Origin: Marsupella aquatica
Taxonomy: Eukaryota > Plantae > Marchantiophyta
DNA length: 64,000 nucleotides
Direction: 5' to 3'
Assembly (NCBI GenBank): GCA_973895155.1
Contig: OZ316891.1
Location: forward strand, 3,888,018 to 3,952,017
Positions within the stretch are counted from its first letter, which is position 1; every line of letters starts with the position of its first letter. This document shows positions 51,088 to 64,000 of the stretch, in pieces. The translations under genes were made by a program, and so were the position numbers. The notes beneath the pieces are model-generated. The model was not told the origin of the DNA, did no database searches, and saw nothing but the letters and a program-made list of their open reading frames with translations.

Positions 51088-52735
51088 GTAGTGAAAGAAA
51101 ATGACTACTTGAGTAGTTAAAACTAAAAATAAGAATGAAAAAATAGAGAGAATTAAAAATGATATTATTATAATACAATTTTAATGAATTAATAAACTAA
51201 AAATTTAAATCTATGAAATATGTGTAAAATTTATTTATTTCAATATGAAGACGTAAATTTTTAATTGGTAATCTGGTGAAAACATAGAAATTGTATTTGT
51301 AAAAGATGAAGTACAAATTTTGATCAGGTAAATAATTTTGCAATATTTTGATATCGATTGTAGCACACACTCTAGCATTCACATGAGTAATATACACAAT
51401 GAGTGCACTTTTCCACTCACAATGAGGGCCTTTTTACACTGCCACGTCACAAGGCAATTCTATGCTCCAAAAGAACGAACTCAAAGAGTTCTATGCCTAG
51501 AGTAAATATTTTTCAAAATACAAATAAATTCCATGTTTGTCTTCCTCCAGGAATATACATAGAAAAAGATTCCTGGATCCAGGAATTAACTAGTTATTTA
51601 TAACAACGAGGATGACAAAGTGTGAAATCCTTACATGGAAATAGGATGTCCTCTATGTTCAAATTGAAAAATTGAAGGGCACACAATCTATGAACGCATA
51701 GGATTCGCCTTGAGGTTGGGTTCAATTGTTTGCAAAAAATCAAATCACAAGATGTTCTGGTTCAGCGATGGACAACTGGAGGCCTTTATACCTGCCCCAG
51801 CTTGGAAATCTATGTGTGAAAACCCTCATTATAGTGGTCCTTTCAGGATGTTATAAGCAATCTGAAGTACGCTGGTGTGCCTCCACTACCAAATCTAGCT
51901 AAACCCTAAACATCATTGCTCTATCAGTCATAACCCATTCTAATAGTTCCTTGCTATGGAGGATTGAGGGTGGGAATTCATCAATTCTTCTAAAGAATTT
52001 TATAATAACTTCTGAAGCAATAGCCAATCTAAGCTTTCTACTTGCACACAATGGCTATAATTAGAGGTCGACCATCCGTACCACTCCACTCTTCGTCAAG
52101 TTCAAGAGTAACTATGTTTCTGCATGACCAGACACTGACCAGACGACTGGATTTCATGTTGATGAACCTTGAACGAGGCCACACTCTAATTGATGCCACA
52201 AACGTCCTGTGCCAATCCTCGACTTGCACAGGACAGGCACAATTTTCAGGAAGCAGGTCAAAATGGCGGAAACACCTGCTGCTATTTGACATAACAAAGA
52301 CGAAAATGTGCACAAACTAGCAGGTGGATACGCTGCCCAAAATTGGAGAGGACAGGAAAGGAGTTCCAATGCTCGGTCTCTGCATCATCTATGCACCCCG
52401 AGCTAGAAAAGATGCATCCAAAATTTGCAAAGCACCTCTTGCTGTTTCTCCTGTCATGTTTTTCCTTGACTCTACCCTGCTGAAAGAGGTCCGTTCAGAG
52501 AGGATGGAGGATGTCTTTTGCTCATTCTACATCTGCAAGTTGTAGTTCTGAACGAAGAGCCTGAAATAGTCTACTGCTTCGTTTGGAGACTCCAAAACTA
52601 GCAAAAGTTGTGGTGGAGGACTACTTATCATATCATGGGTCCTCCGCCTCCAAATCATCATCCCAAAGAATTCTATGTTCTTGCTACTTCTACGCTTCTC
52701 TCTTGAATGGACGGATTCTGGCAGCAACTCAATTA

Positions 52736-55700
52736 TTATTTTCTTGGACCGAATGCAGTCATATACAAGTCATCGAGACGCGGATTCTTCTTCGAAGCTA
52801 ACGTCTTCAGGCACTTGTGATATGAAAAATCGTCCTGAGTGCCATCTGTGCGCACAACGAACAAGCATTTTGTCGGCCTGTCATTTGGATTTGATGTCTT
52901 ATAGTACGCCACCTGTTCCACGTCACATCGTCACCTCGTCACCGGCAATAAAAATCAATCACATTAGCAGATTATGTCATTCATGGTCGCCTTCAAAGAA
53001 GCGGAGAAAGAAGAATCTCCAGAACCCAAAACAGAAAGAAGACGGGACAAAGTCAATCCAATCAAAGTCGCATCCTTCCGGGGAAGTTACCTTGAAGTAG
53101 TCCACCCCGCATCCAACCTTTGTTGCACTGGTTGGATGATGCATCAAAACTTGCTTAAGCACCTGATGGACCTCATCGTTCAGTCTTTGCTCCGGCTCAT
53201 AACTGATATGAATGACAATTTCCACAACTCGTCAGAAAAAAAGCCTTCCACACAAAAATCCTCTTGGCGAATGAGAAACTGGCCTGCATCCTGGCTACAC
53301 GTTGAGGGCTTAGGGCACGTGGAACCCCACTCGGACTGCTCAGGGAGTAGGAAAGAGTCTCCGTTTTGGAGCCTAATGAATCTACGTTCAGCATAAACGG
53401 AGCATAATACTAAAAAATGAGGATGAAAAAATAAATGTGATAAAAACCAAGTACGTCAAGGCAGCAAGTATTGGAAAAAACGTTGGTCCTCCATTGGTTC
53501 AAAGGTCTACAAATAACTCTGTTAATATGTAGCTCCAACACAACTCCTTCGGGTGATTGTAAGTGCACAATTAAGTCAGACAAATTACTTACGTTTGAAG
53601 AATGTTTTTAACAAAACGGACAGTTTCGACGATCTCTTCCCAATCCTTGGAATCTTTTCTGTCATCCAATCGACGAGCTCTCCGTACGCCATTATGCCCA
53701 GTTTGATCTATCAGGGGTGGCCACCCAGAGGTTCTTTCACTCCCGGCTTGCCTGTCAAGCGGGCTGTCAAGAGAGCCTGAATCAGTTCCACCTTCTTGCC
53801 CTGCTGTTAGAGCCCATCCATCAGAAACTGCTTCCTTACCATCCCCGTCTTGTGACGAGATGGAACCTAGGTGGTTTGATTCTAGCTTCTCCTCTTGGTC
53901 TTCCCAACACGGCTCTGGTATTTCCCCGCCTGTGCCACCATGAATCAGTGTACCACGAAGTACTGGAGCCTCCTGGAGCATTGGGGCAGGCGATGCATTA
54001 ACGCTGTCAGAACCTGCACTCACAATTTTAGGCCCGAATTGTCGGATTTTTCCGAGCGGTACAGTATTGGCTCCAGTTGGCTTGACCACTCTTGGTTCAT
54101 CTTTTCGGGACGGATGACCACTTGACTCTTTTGGCATGTCTTCAGGAACACCATACCAGGCATCCGGAAGTGGTTCACCCCAACCAGCACTTACCGCAGG
54201 ATTTGCCTCCACTGCATCCAATGCAAAATGGTTTGTGTGCTCTTTATATGTCCCAATGTCTAAGCCCTGCCAATGCATTGCATCTACTGCTGCTTGAACA
54301 TGGGAAACAGGTACAGTCTCTCGATTCTGTCCGCCCACAGCATCCGAAGCTCCGTTTAATGGCAAATCTTCTGCTGGTGCTCCACAAGCCCACCCACCTT
54401 TATCACTCGCATTCGGAGCTTCCCAACCTCCATCATTTGCTTGACGTGGAGATTGTGCTCCACTCGACCCACCTTCTTCTGGGTCTGATCTTCTGGCTAG
54501 GGCTTCTGTCCCATAGCCCCAACCTCCAGCATCTGCCGGAGGTGCGTCCCACGCTCCATTAGTAGATGCTTTATTTGTGTCTCCGTCGACGTGGTCTTCA
54601 CGTGCAGCACCGTGAGTCTCTCGAAACTCCTTGATTTTACTGTTTAGGTTGGCTAAGCAGTCAAAGATATCCACCGACTGCATCGGTGGCTGCATCTTGT
54701 CTAATGTTACCTGGAAACTTAAAGAATAAAACGCTAAGCAACTTACACTGGAAACCATATGAGCGACCAAATTACGGTTGCAACACAATAGATCATTCTT
54801 AAACTTTTTTAGAAATTCACATTTGACACAAGTGCTATTGACATGATTGCTTCCAGAGGCCCGACCTATTAAGTTGCTTTTACGCTACGTACCTCCTTCG
54901 GTTGCAGTTGCAAACTGAAGTCTGCTCCTGTTCCAATCGACACCCTCTTCCCAAATATAGACGATGCCAAAATTCCACTTAGAAACTCTTCGTCACCCTT
55001 CTCACCAGCCTCCATGAAGGTCTTCATCGGATCCTGATGATCCGATACAGTTAGAAAGTCAGGAATAGCTCATTGTTTTATATGGACGAAGGTCGTTCAA
55101 AGCCCAGAACGCAGCCTTACATACAGGTCCATACAACGAAATTCAGCTAACTGACGATACTTACTCTCAAAGCACCAGCTGTAAAAGGAACAGATGTCTG
55201 AAGGCTTCGCAACAGATCTTTGTAGCCAAAAGAATTGATGCTATTCACGTCACCGGAATGAACCATGAGTTCCGACACCAGTTTTAAATGAGTATGGCTC
55301 ACGGAACTCCCTCCTGCCTTGGTGGCCAAGCCAAGTCTCTGATAACAAATCAGATCGTTATCCAAGATCAAAATTCCTGAATTTCAGCTGAGCTATACAT
55401 ACACCTTCAAAGTAGATATATGCCGAAGATGTACTGCATGCATATTCGCCATCAGAACTACCAACGATAGAATGTAAAATTACAGAGCTTTTGGTTTCAA
55501 TGTATCAACCTGTAAGATGCAATCACGAGCTGCTTCCACTCCGAGGGAATGCCTAATTTCCTGGACACTGTATGGGGAACTTCGTTTCCAATCTATACTA
55601 TCAATAAAAGCACATGCTTCTTTAATGATACTCCAGGGCGAGCCCCGGCTAGTACTGAGCTTTTCCTGGACAACGACTTCCACCACCAGCTCTCCCTTGG

Positions 55701-58700
55701 GATTAGCTGATATACGTTCACCAGCATCTGAAAGTCCACAGGGAGACCATGAATTATCCTCCCACACCAACTTAGCAGAGTCGATGCGCTCATCACCTGT
55801 CAGAACAATGAATTCGTTAGTTTGAGACAATCTCAGGAAAACAGAGGTTACCTATCAGAGAGTGGACGTCCAGTTCCCTGGAGAGAAATTCTCAACCCAG
55901 TAGAACACACATATTAGAGAAGAAACAACAACTCCTTTCTACCGAGAAAAAACTTTAAGATTGCAAGCAGAAGAACTCGACGGCTTTATATGCGCTCGTC
56001 ACTATTTATGTCCTGGATCTTCACAGGGCACGGGTTGGGACACTCCCCGCAGTATGAACAAAACCTCCCAACTTATGCCCGGCCCTGAGACGGACAGCTC
56101 AAGAGACACCAAATAGACTCCAACAAGTAGATTCCCCGCTCACCTTTCACGGCAGTTTGGAGGATGAGCGGCATCATAATATCCCGCAATGCGTCCAAAA
56201 ATTGCGACACTTTCTTGTTGGAACGAGCAACCATTTTACTCGTAGTTTTAGATTTCAAACTGGCCGAAAAATGCAGACAGGGCCCAAATTGATTGTTGAT
56301 GTGTGCTCCCATGCAATCGCAACCAATTCTGAAAACACCAAGACAGTAAACTTAGCATGCATTGAAAAAGCTGGGCAAGCAATTCTACAGGCTTCCTTGC
56401 AAGCTGCAGTTCCAACAATTCCTGCAACCTATAATATCAATTATCTTATCTCAATTACATTTTGTTCAAAACGTGTATGCTGATATTTATTGCACAGAAA
56501 CAGCATGCAAGAGTCTGTGTCAGACAGTTTTTTCAAGAAACAGAGGAGGGCATGGGCGAGGAGACAACCGGCAAAAAAATATTGGATTTTTCAGGTAGTT
56601 ATCGGCCATGATTTTGGCATAACTCTTGGTCATGAAGGCAGTCTGCAGAATACTCACAACTCGTTCGATTTCGAGATTCATCTGTATTAGAGCTTTCTGC
56701 CGTGTTCAACCAAGGGAGTTTAGTTGGACATGTCAGAAAGGTTAACAATGAATGAGGACAAACTCAGATCATCGCAAAAAATTGTACAATAATGATCATA
56801 TCGCAGGTTGGCGCCTGCCTTACGATGATTACAAATCAGCCGGCATATTGCATTTGACTCGATCTTAGAGGAGTTAAATGATACGAGGGCTATCTGCATT
56901 TTCACTGCACACAGTCATCATTAAGGAACAGTTTATCTCACTTTATCAAACTGAACATGTCCCACCCAAGGTAGTCGCAGTTTCACCCCATCCGCAATTC
57001 ATTGGCTCCCTTCTGGTGCGTATCTGAAGTCATTCAAAATTCAAGAATTAGACAATTGGACCTAGAGTAGAGAAAAAGAGCAGGTTTCGCACGCATGCGG
57101 GTTTAATCACGGTCTCTCATACTACCAAGATAGCAATCGAGCAGACAATGACCAAAATTGCTTACCCCAAGGACAAGCTAATATACCGGAATTAGATACT
57201 TTGCAAGCACTTGTAATACTATAACTATCACAAACGCTAGAGGCAATGGAAGAGGCACATACTGTATTGACACTGCTTTGGCGACCATTTGAACTGACAC
57301 AGGTAGTAGTTCATTTTGAATATTTAGAGCACGCTTCTCTCCGCAGAAATTAATTTTGCATGGGCAAGGTTTCAGTCGAAGGAGGGTACAACGATCTGAA
57401 GCCTTCAGCTTTGTTCCGCTCCGGGGATATATTGTATCCTGCAGTGAGTTCGAAACTCTAAGGATACTAAGATATGAGATGACGGGAAAACAAAATATTA
57501 CCTTAAGTTTAACTGGCCAGTGGGATTGATACCTTCAGAAGTTTCCATGGGCGAATCTTCTTCGTGCCAACGTTGTGACCTGCGTCCAGCATGACCTGGT
57601 ATGCAGGTTGAGCGATAGCGGTAGCAGCCAATACTCCCACCGGTTCACCTGGCATAACAGGCTCTCTGCCGTGTGTAGTTTCGGTATCGTTCGACTCTGA
57701 ATTTCTCGCACCATCATACGAAAATTGAATAATCTCCAATCCACATTTCATTCGGACAGTCCCATCATAAGAAACGTGAGTGTCTCGCAGAAAAAGCATG
57801 AGGTTCTTGAACATTGTTCCTTTCTCGGGTTGCTCTCCACACTTACGGACCAAATCTGCCCTGATGGCCGTCGCATAAAGATAAAACTCCACTGGATTGA
57901 GGCCATCAAGTAAGGAACTCCTGACCAGGGAGTGCCACCTTGCTTCGCAGGACGCGAGACTGATCAGTTTTGCTTCACCAGTGGTATTCAGGAGATGGCC
58001 CCCTTTGTCAAGCTGTAAACCAAGACACCCAATTTGCTGAAGCGCTTTTGAAATGGAACCCTTGCTACCGGCGCGAAGCATTGCTAACAACTGATTGTCG
58101 TCACTTGTTTTCGATAGAAACTCGCCCCCGATCTCCCTAAATTGCTGTTGGAAAAATGCAACGGAAATATCTTCTAGAACTTCTGGATATTTAAGGTCTT
58201 CCATACATCCTGTATCCATGCCTGATTGAATTGCATTCAGTTTCTGGAACTTCTCAAAAAAAATGAGCTCCTTACTAAGAGCCATATGTTTCGAATAATT
58301 GATATTGTCCATCAGCTCGCCAATCATCTTTCTCCTTGACTTTTGGTCAGGAGCCGCATAGAAATCTTGTAAACTTACACTGAACCCACGGGAAAGTAGC
58401 CACTCGCGTAAGACAGCCTGAGAGCAATCCAAGTGATTCACTGCTACAATTGGACTGTGCTGGGCAATAGCACGCATTAATCCATTTGAGTTAGTGAGCC
58501 AATTCTCGTTTCTGCTGTAGGACACCAATTCCCCGTCTCGGATGTCAGCAGCACCATCATTACTGGTGATGGAGAACCCCTCTGGAATAGTCAGGTCAAG
58601 GACTTGTTTGCCTGCCCACATGGGACCTCTCACTGATTTCACAATCGCAGGAATGGGTAATTTTCTTGTGCTCAACATCGCCACTTGGTACATTTCCTCC

Positions 58701-61700
58701 TTCTTTAAAAAGACAGGATTGGCCGTGAGCAAATGCGTGGCCAGAATATTGTCTTGTGACATGCTTAAGATGGTTTTCCCATCTGGTGAAAGCAGAAGCT
58801 GCTCCGGTATTGTCATCAACAGGTGCTGCTCCGCTTTAGCCTCTTCAGACTGAGGAACGAAGACATGCAAACAGTCCCCATCAAAATCGCCACAAAGAGG
58901 GGCACATACTGATGGGTGGATTGAGAAGACGGCGAGATCATGAATATGTGCCCTCAGAGCTAGCAGTGAGTGCTTGTCGAGAGACGGGTTCCGGTTAACA
59001 TACACCAAATCTCCATCTCTCAGATGACGATGGACAATATCGTCAATCTGGAGCAAGTGGCTGGTTCTTCTGGTTACTTCAAGTCTCTCAGATCCTCTGA
59101 CCAGCCTGATTGCTCCACACGCCCTGTACCGTCCAGATAGTGATTGTCCATTGTTTACATATTCCTGCAACTTTTCCATATTCAACTTGTTTACCCGTTC
59201 AGGGATAGTCACGTATTTTGCGATTTGCTGAGGAATTCCAATTTCCTCAACTCTCAGATAAGGATCACCAGTAACTACATCTCGGGCCGAATAACCACCT
59301 ATTTTGCCTAGCACATTTTTCTTCAGCCAGTCCCAACTCCATCTGGTATCCTTTTTCTGAACTCGGCCACCGCGATCTATTCTTTTCTTTTCCTTCCCAG
59401 GAACAGTCTACAGTCACCATCGATGACAAGTTTAAGAATATCAGAAGTCCAAATGAGCTGGACGACAACTAGGACTTTCTGGAATCGTCGCGTATGTCAG
59501 GTTAGTCAAGCCCAGTCCAAATTTTAAAGCAGCATGCACACCTAAAGATAAGACCAGCTCATTCGCCTGAAACCAACTGTCGCGCAAATCTTCCACGGAA
59601 ACAGGAACAGCCCAAATGGGCTCTAGGAATCCAGCTAGAGTGCTAATTACGCGCAATAGAAAGGAAAGAGAGACAGAAAGAGATCGAGAATCAGAACATA
59701 TCTACTGCATGTGTTCACCTTTGGGGCCCCCTTTTCTCGGAGGTACAGTCCGAATAAGTACTGCAATTCGCTGACCTCAACTTTTGCAGCTTGATGTGCT
59801 GGCTTGCCAAACCTCGTCTTATTAATCGCAGATATTTTTTTAAGGAGTCTGTTGAAGATGAGCGTGGCCGGATCACTCTGCGATCGGCAAACATAAGTGG
59901 ACCGGTTACACGAAGATCAGTTCGATTATATAACAATTCAGAATACCATTTAGACTACTAGACACAAATTCTACCAACGACACGCTGCAGCATATCACAT
60001 CCTACACATGCTATATGCTGATCATAACAATCATCAGGACAGTGTGAACGAGAAAGATATAGCTCCTGAGGAAATCGATGCAAACCCTCTCGAGCTGCAA
60101 AGTCTGCATGTCCATTTAGCATAGCCTGGTACATATTTACCGGGTACCTTTTCCCAATAATCTGCTCGCAGTCAGGACTACCGTCACCATTGCTGGACTA
60201 TCGTGGTCTTATTGAAAGGAAAGCACTGATGGCATTTGTTTGAACATCGGAAGTCGCTTTGTGATCAACTTCTATGATACAAACTCACCCCTTGTTTAAA
60301 GCTCATGTTTGTAGCAAATAAGTCGTCTCGTATTCTTGTGCAATTGGGAGGTACTGGCACGCACTCAAGAATGAGAGCTTCAGGCCGAGCCGCTTTCGAA
60401 TGCATGCCGAGAGTGGTCATAGCGGAATCCGGGATTTTCCTCAGTATATCGAGGGCCTGCAATGCACTAATGCAAACATTAGCCCAACTTTCGGTACAGC
60501 CAAGTCAATTTCGTGTGTCCACAACAGTAGTTTCAGAAAATACGACGAGTACTGGCCAGTCGAATATAAATCACGGTTAGCACGTTCCAAGCAGTTTGAT
60601 TGATGAAGCTATCAATGTAATGTGCTGCTACCTCAATTATTCGGTGGACATGGCCCTTGCAAAAAAAGGCTCCCACTTTTCCTAATAGGGTTCGAAGATC
60701 ACCTGACTCGGTAGAAGAGTTCGACTTCTAAGAGAAGAATTTTGACGTGACTTTCCCGCCACAAAGCTCCAGTAATCAGGCGCCACACTGTCGATGTCAT
60801 CATTTTTCTTGGGTATGCATTCCATTTTGATACCCTTACACATATTTTTCTCTTTGCCTCTCCCTATCGCTGTCACCTCCATCTTGAGGTGCACCTCTGG
60901 GTATCTATCAGGACGAGCACCCTACAGAGCACAGCCGTTATCGAATATCCTCAGCTATGCAATGGTGAAACCAGCTCAGATACTTATATAGCTGCGAGCT
61001 TTGCTCCAAGATATAGCTGTAAAGTGATGAACTGCTTTAGGACCACTAGAGTTCCTTACCGAACAGTACTTGCATTTTCCACGTTTAACCTTGGATGTTT
61101 CTTCTGCAGGCTTAGCATGGCACATGTCCGCAACAGGTCCTTCGTGGGGCTGTTGATCGTTGTCCTACAATGATCACCCCGGAATGTTATACAACTATAG
61201 GGGCGTCATGTAGCGGAGAGGACAGCATCAACCAAGAACAAAAGGAGCTAGATAAAACCACATTAAATTGACAGAGGCTGGTGCTCGAAATACAGTAGGG
61301 ACATACGTTCTCGACCTTCTTCCTTTTTCCTGTTTGGGCTACTGGGAGAGGGTTCTTCCTCTTTTGTAAGGTTCCCCTGGCTGGACGATTCGGAGTCTTA
61401 GGATTTTCCTCGTCAACATCTCCGTCACGTTGGACCTCCGATTGCATCCTTGGACTACTGGAGAAGTCCTTCTCCCTGTCAGACGAGAGTAAAATCCCCA
61501 TCTGTGATTCTTCTGCCCGCTTTTGACTAACACGTGCTTCCTGTATACAACCATTCCATCTGGACCCTCAAGAACTGTAATGCTTTAAGCATGAAAACAA
61601 TCTTGTAGTATTGTTGTCCATTTCGCGCGACAAAAGCTGCTCCTCATCATCAGCCCCGGGAGTTCAGTTATGCCGTGGTTTATCTTGCTAAAGAATATCA

Positions 61701-62693
61701 ATATGAAGAGCTAGAGTCATACCGTGTCAATATACACATCTGCAAGTTTTCGCTTCTTGTACTTTGACGCTAAACTGCAGTGACCATCATCTTCATCGTC
61801 GTTGCTGTCGTCATCTACCACTTGACGATGAGATGTCCTTCCACGATGCCGTAGATCTTTCAAAGTTGAGATGTTCTCCTTCTCTTCAACTCTGGGTGTC
61901 AAGGTTGTACTTCGCTCCAACTGCGTCTTCAAACCGGGAGCCAACAGAGAAGTCAACTTCCCTACTTTCTGCATGTTGACCACCACAGAAATATTAAGTG
62001 GACGTACAGTGTTATCTCGGACTTCGTACTTCCAAAAAGCCAACTTACTATTTGATTTACCGAACTTTTTTGCAGAGGAGAAACAAAAATCTTACCTTCT
62101 TCCTCTTCGGCTGCCCGCAGTTGAGACAGATCTTCCTCAACAATCCAACAAGTTTTCCCACATGATGGGGATGATAGATAGGAGACGGGAGCTCACAGTG
62201 GGCAAAATGTCCTGCAATGTTGCAATGTAGTAATGTCAGCCACCATGTATGAACTTGAGAGTAAGGATAACGATTCATGTCCAATCACGCATGTCTTATA
62301 CATTCATTCGACCAGAAGTAGTTGGGAAAACCGCATTTCGCAGCAATAAAGGTCAAGGATACCCTGGCACTGATCGACTGTTTCGCCACGACACGTCCCA
62401 CAAGGTCCATTTGCAATCGGGTGCCCGAGTTTAGGATCATTAAGCTCTTTCGTCTTCGTCAAAGGGTTGTTGGCCGGGAAAACCGAAAGCTTATACTGAG
62501 ATACAATTCAAGAAAAAAAAACGTCTTTAGTTTAGTACGTAGCAGAGAGCAAAATTAGTGCAGGATCGAAGCGTAGCAAGAAAATGTCATACACGTCCCT
62601 TACCATCTCGTCAGTTGTCATTAGCCCAAACTGAATGCCACATATGTTTGCCAGTGGCGGCTCTCCAGCAGTGGGTATGTTGTCTGTTTCCAT
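52736..62693 (-). CDS. NRPD1: RNA polymerase IV/V largest subunit, NRPD1-like, about 1970 codons, with one in-frame TGA. 20 exons: 62604-62693, 62363-62495, 62096-62211, 61723-61968, 61307-61540, 61060-61164, 60703-60921, 60289-60456, 59719-59877, 57533-59407, 57263-57438, 56942-57023, 56569-56696, 56144-56328, 55510-55796, 55165-55338, 54893-55033, 53593-54710, 53091-53202, 52736-52912
   Basis: N-terminus METDN...ICGIQFGL; Zn sites CGTC...CQGHF and CLNC; CKYC...RYP; PVPPNC; metal A site GDFDGDCLHVFVPQS; AGSKGS; RDTHVSYDGTVR; GEPVGVLAATAI; GTGADF; C-terminal DeCL domain (HHP...KVGCGVDYFKV...CLFVVRTDGTQDDFSYHKC). All 20 exon phases are consistent. The Pol IV/V family call is secure; NRPD1 versus NRPE1 is less so. 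Confidence 0.85.
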
Positions 62694-64000
62694 TTTGGAA
62701 TGACCGCTTCAATGATGGCTTTTACTTGCTAGAGCTTCTACGATACGAGAAAACGGGTCAGCTTCGTGACCTTGCGAGTGAAGCCGAGCTGGAGAGTTCG
62801 AAGAACACTGCATGAACAAAGCTTGGTCTCCTACTGTTCAAACACCACAAACAGTCTCCCACGCCCATGTTAAACCTCAGAAGAATCATAAATGAGAAAC
62901 GTATACCCTGCAAGCCTCTCAATGCGGCGGCACACTTACTATGGCGAGGTACTCGTGACTGCGAGTTGAAATTATCTGAAGGATGGCACCAAAAGCAGAA
63001 TACTGCAGATATCTACGTGGTTGCGTCTGCTTTGAGCTCGCCTCGATTTTAAAAAACCTTAGAATTCTGATAACGCTTTTATCAGAAACCGGCTTCTACC
63101 ACATATGACCCTACCCTTACGTTAAAAGAAGTAACCTCTAGACTTAGCATTGGCGGCAGACAATGGATCATTAACATCCTTCTCCTATCTCTGCGTCCCA
63201 GATTTTATTTCAGTGTCTTCAAACACCCCGTGACCATTCTTGCCAGAGATTATCGTCCTAGTACAAAGTAGACGAATGGTAAAGAGATCGTACGAGATTC
63301 AATGCTACGGAATGGTGCTTCCTTGTCTAAGAGCTCTGTTACTGCCCGAATACAACACTCAAATGTAGTACCTCTTGAGTGTATGACAGCTCTTGGTTGT
63401 CATACGCCGAGTGCTGTCTTGTAGAAGTTCTCCACTGACGTGAACCAAACGACTGCATATATGACGCAGACTTTGAATCTCTACGTGCGCCTGCATCGGC
63501 AACCCGGTTTTCGACTTTAGCCAGAGTCGTCAACGTACAGCTGTAATCACCACACCAAACATCCGAGGAGTACATTGAGCGTGAACCGAGTAGTGACCGC
63601 GTAGGAGAATTGCAAACAACAGTCTCCAAGATTGAATCAAGTCCACAACTTTGAGCGGACGCCGGAATTTTTCCTCTCTGCCAGACGCTAGACCACTGAA
63701 GCTTGCATATACTGTACGCTCTAGATCCTCCAAACCGAATCTCTTCATTTCTCTGCTCCATGTATACCTTCTTTGAGCAATCGAAGGTCTACCAGATGGA
63801 GCAACTCGTAATGATTGCTCGAGGAGGCAATTTGGACTTCAGTGCAATTTTCCCTCCGAAGAAGCTTTTGACAGGTCCTCGACAAGTGCATCAAGACGAC
63901 AAGATCATGTCTCCAGACCGCGTCGTAACAGCAGCAGCGCTCAACTCTCTTTGCATTTCAACAAATTCTGACAGAAAAGGAGATTCTGACAAAATGCAGT

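Noticed and set aside
52038-52727. ORFs downstream of NRPD1 as a second DeCL domain or extra exon
   Set aside because: The NRPD1 frame ends in tandem TAA TAA at 52738-52733 and the downstream ORFs have no recognisable motif; probably 3' UTR.
56720-56905. 61-aa ORF as an alternative NRPD1 exon bypassing the TGA
   Set aside because: It would need a 37-48 nt intron after exon 12, ends in its own stop and shows no polymerase similarity.
61287-61306. VCPYC in ORF 61187-61501 as the NRPD1 Cys box
   Set aside because: It lies after a good donor (AAC|GTATGT) and is intronic. The real CKYC is in exon 61060-61164 and joins in phase to GARPDRYP.

Overview
Land-plant nuclear DNA, probably a bryophyte such as a liverwort (inferred from gene and TE content, not proven). 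Three spliced host genes can be reconstructed by hand. (1) A 3-exon bHLH factor with a C-terminal ACT-like domain (369-2818, +). (2) A 12-exon TON2/FASS PP2A B'' subunit (24647-28960, -). (3) A 20-exon Pol IV/V largest subunit (52736-62693, -). It is NRPD1-like (CKYC...YP box, GDFDGDCLH) but has a GW-rich tail before its DeCL domain, a roughly 190-aa clamp-head insertion and one in-frame TGA at 56999-57001. The rest is layered transposon debris. There is a full-length but dead Bianca-type Ty1/copia element (42465-51087; 139/138-bp LTRs, GTAGT TSD, half-tRNA-Ile PBS, duplicated PPT) carrying two nested DNA elements. There are also at least 8 copies of a MITE group with CTCGGGGG... termini and 8-bp TSDs, a CRE-like non-LTR endonuclease remnant and several tandem or palindromic arrays. 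No rRNA, tRNA or CRISPR is supported. All gene models come from manual GT/AG and phase reading and need RNA-seq confirmation.
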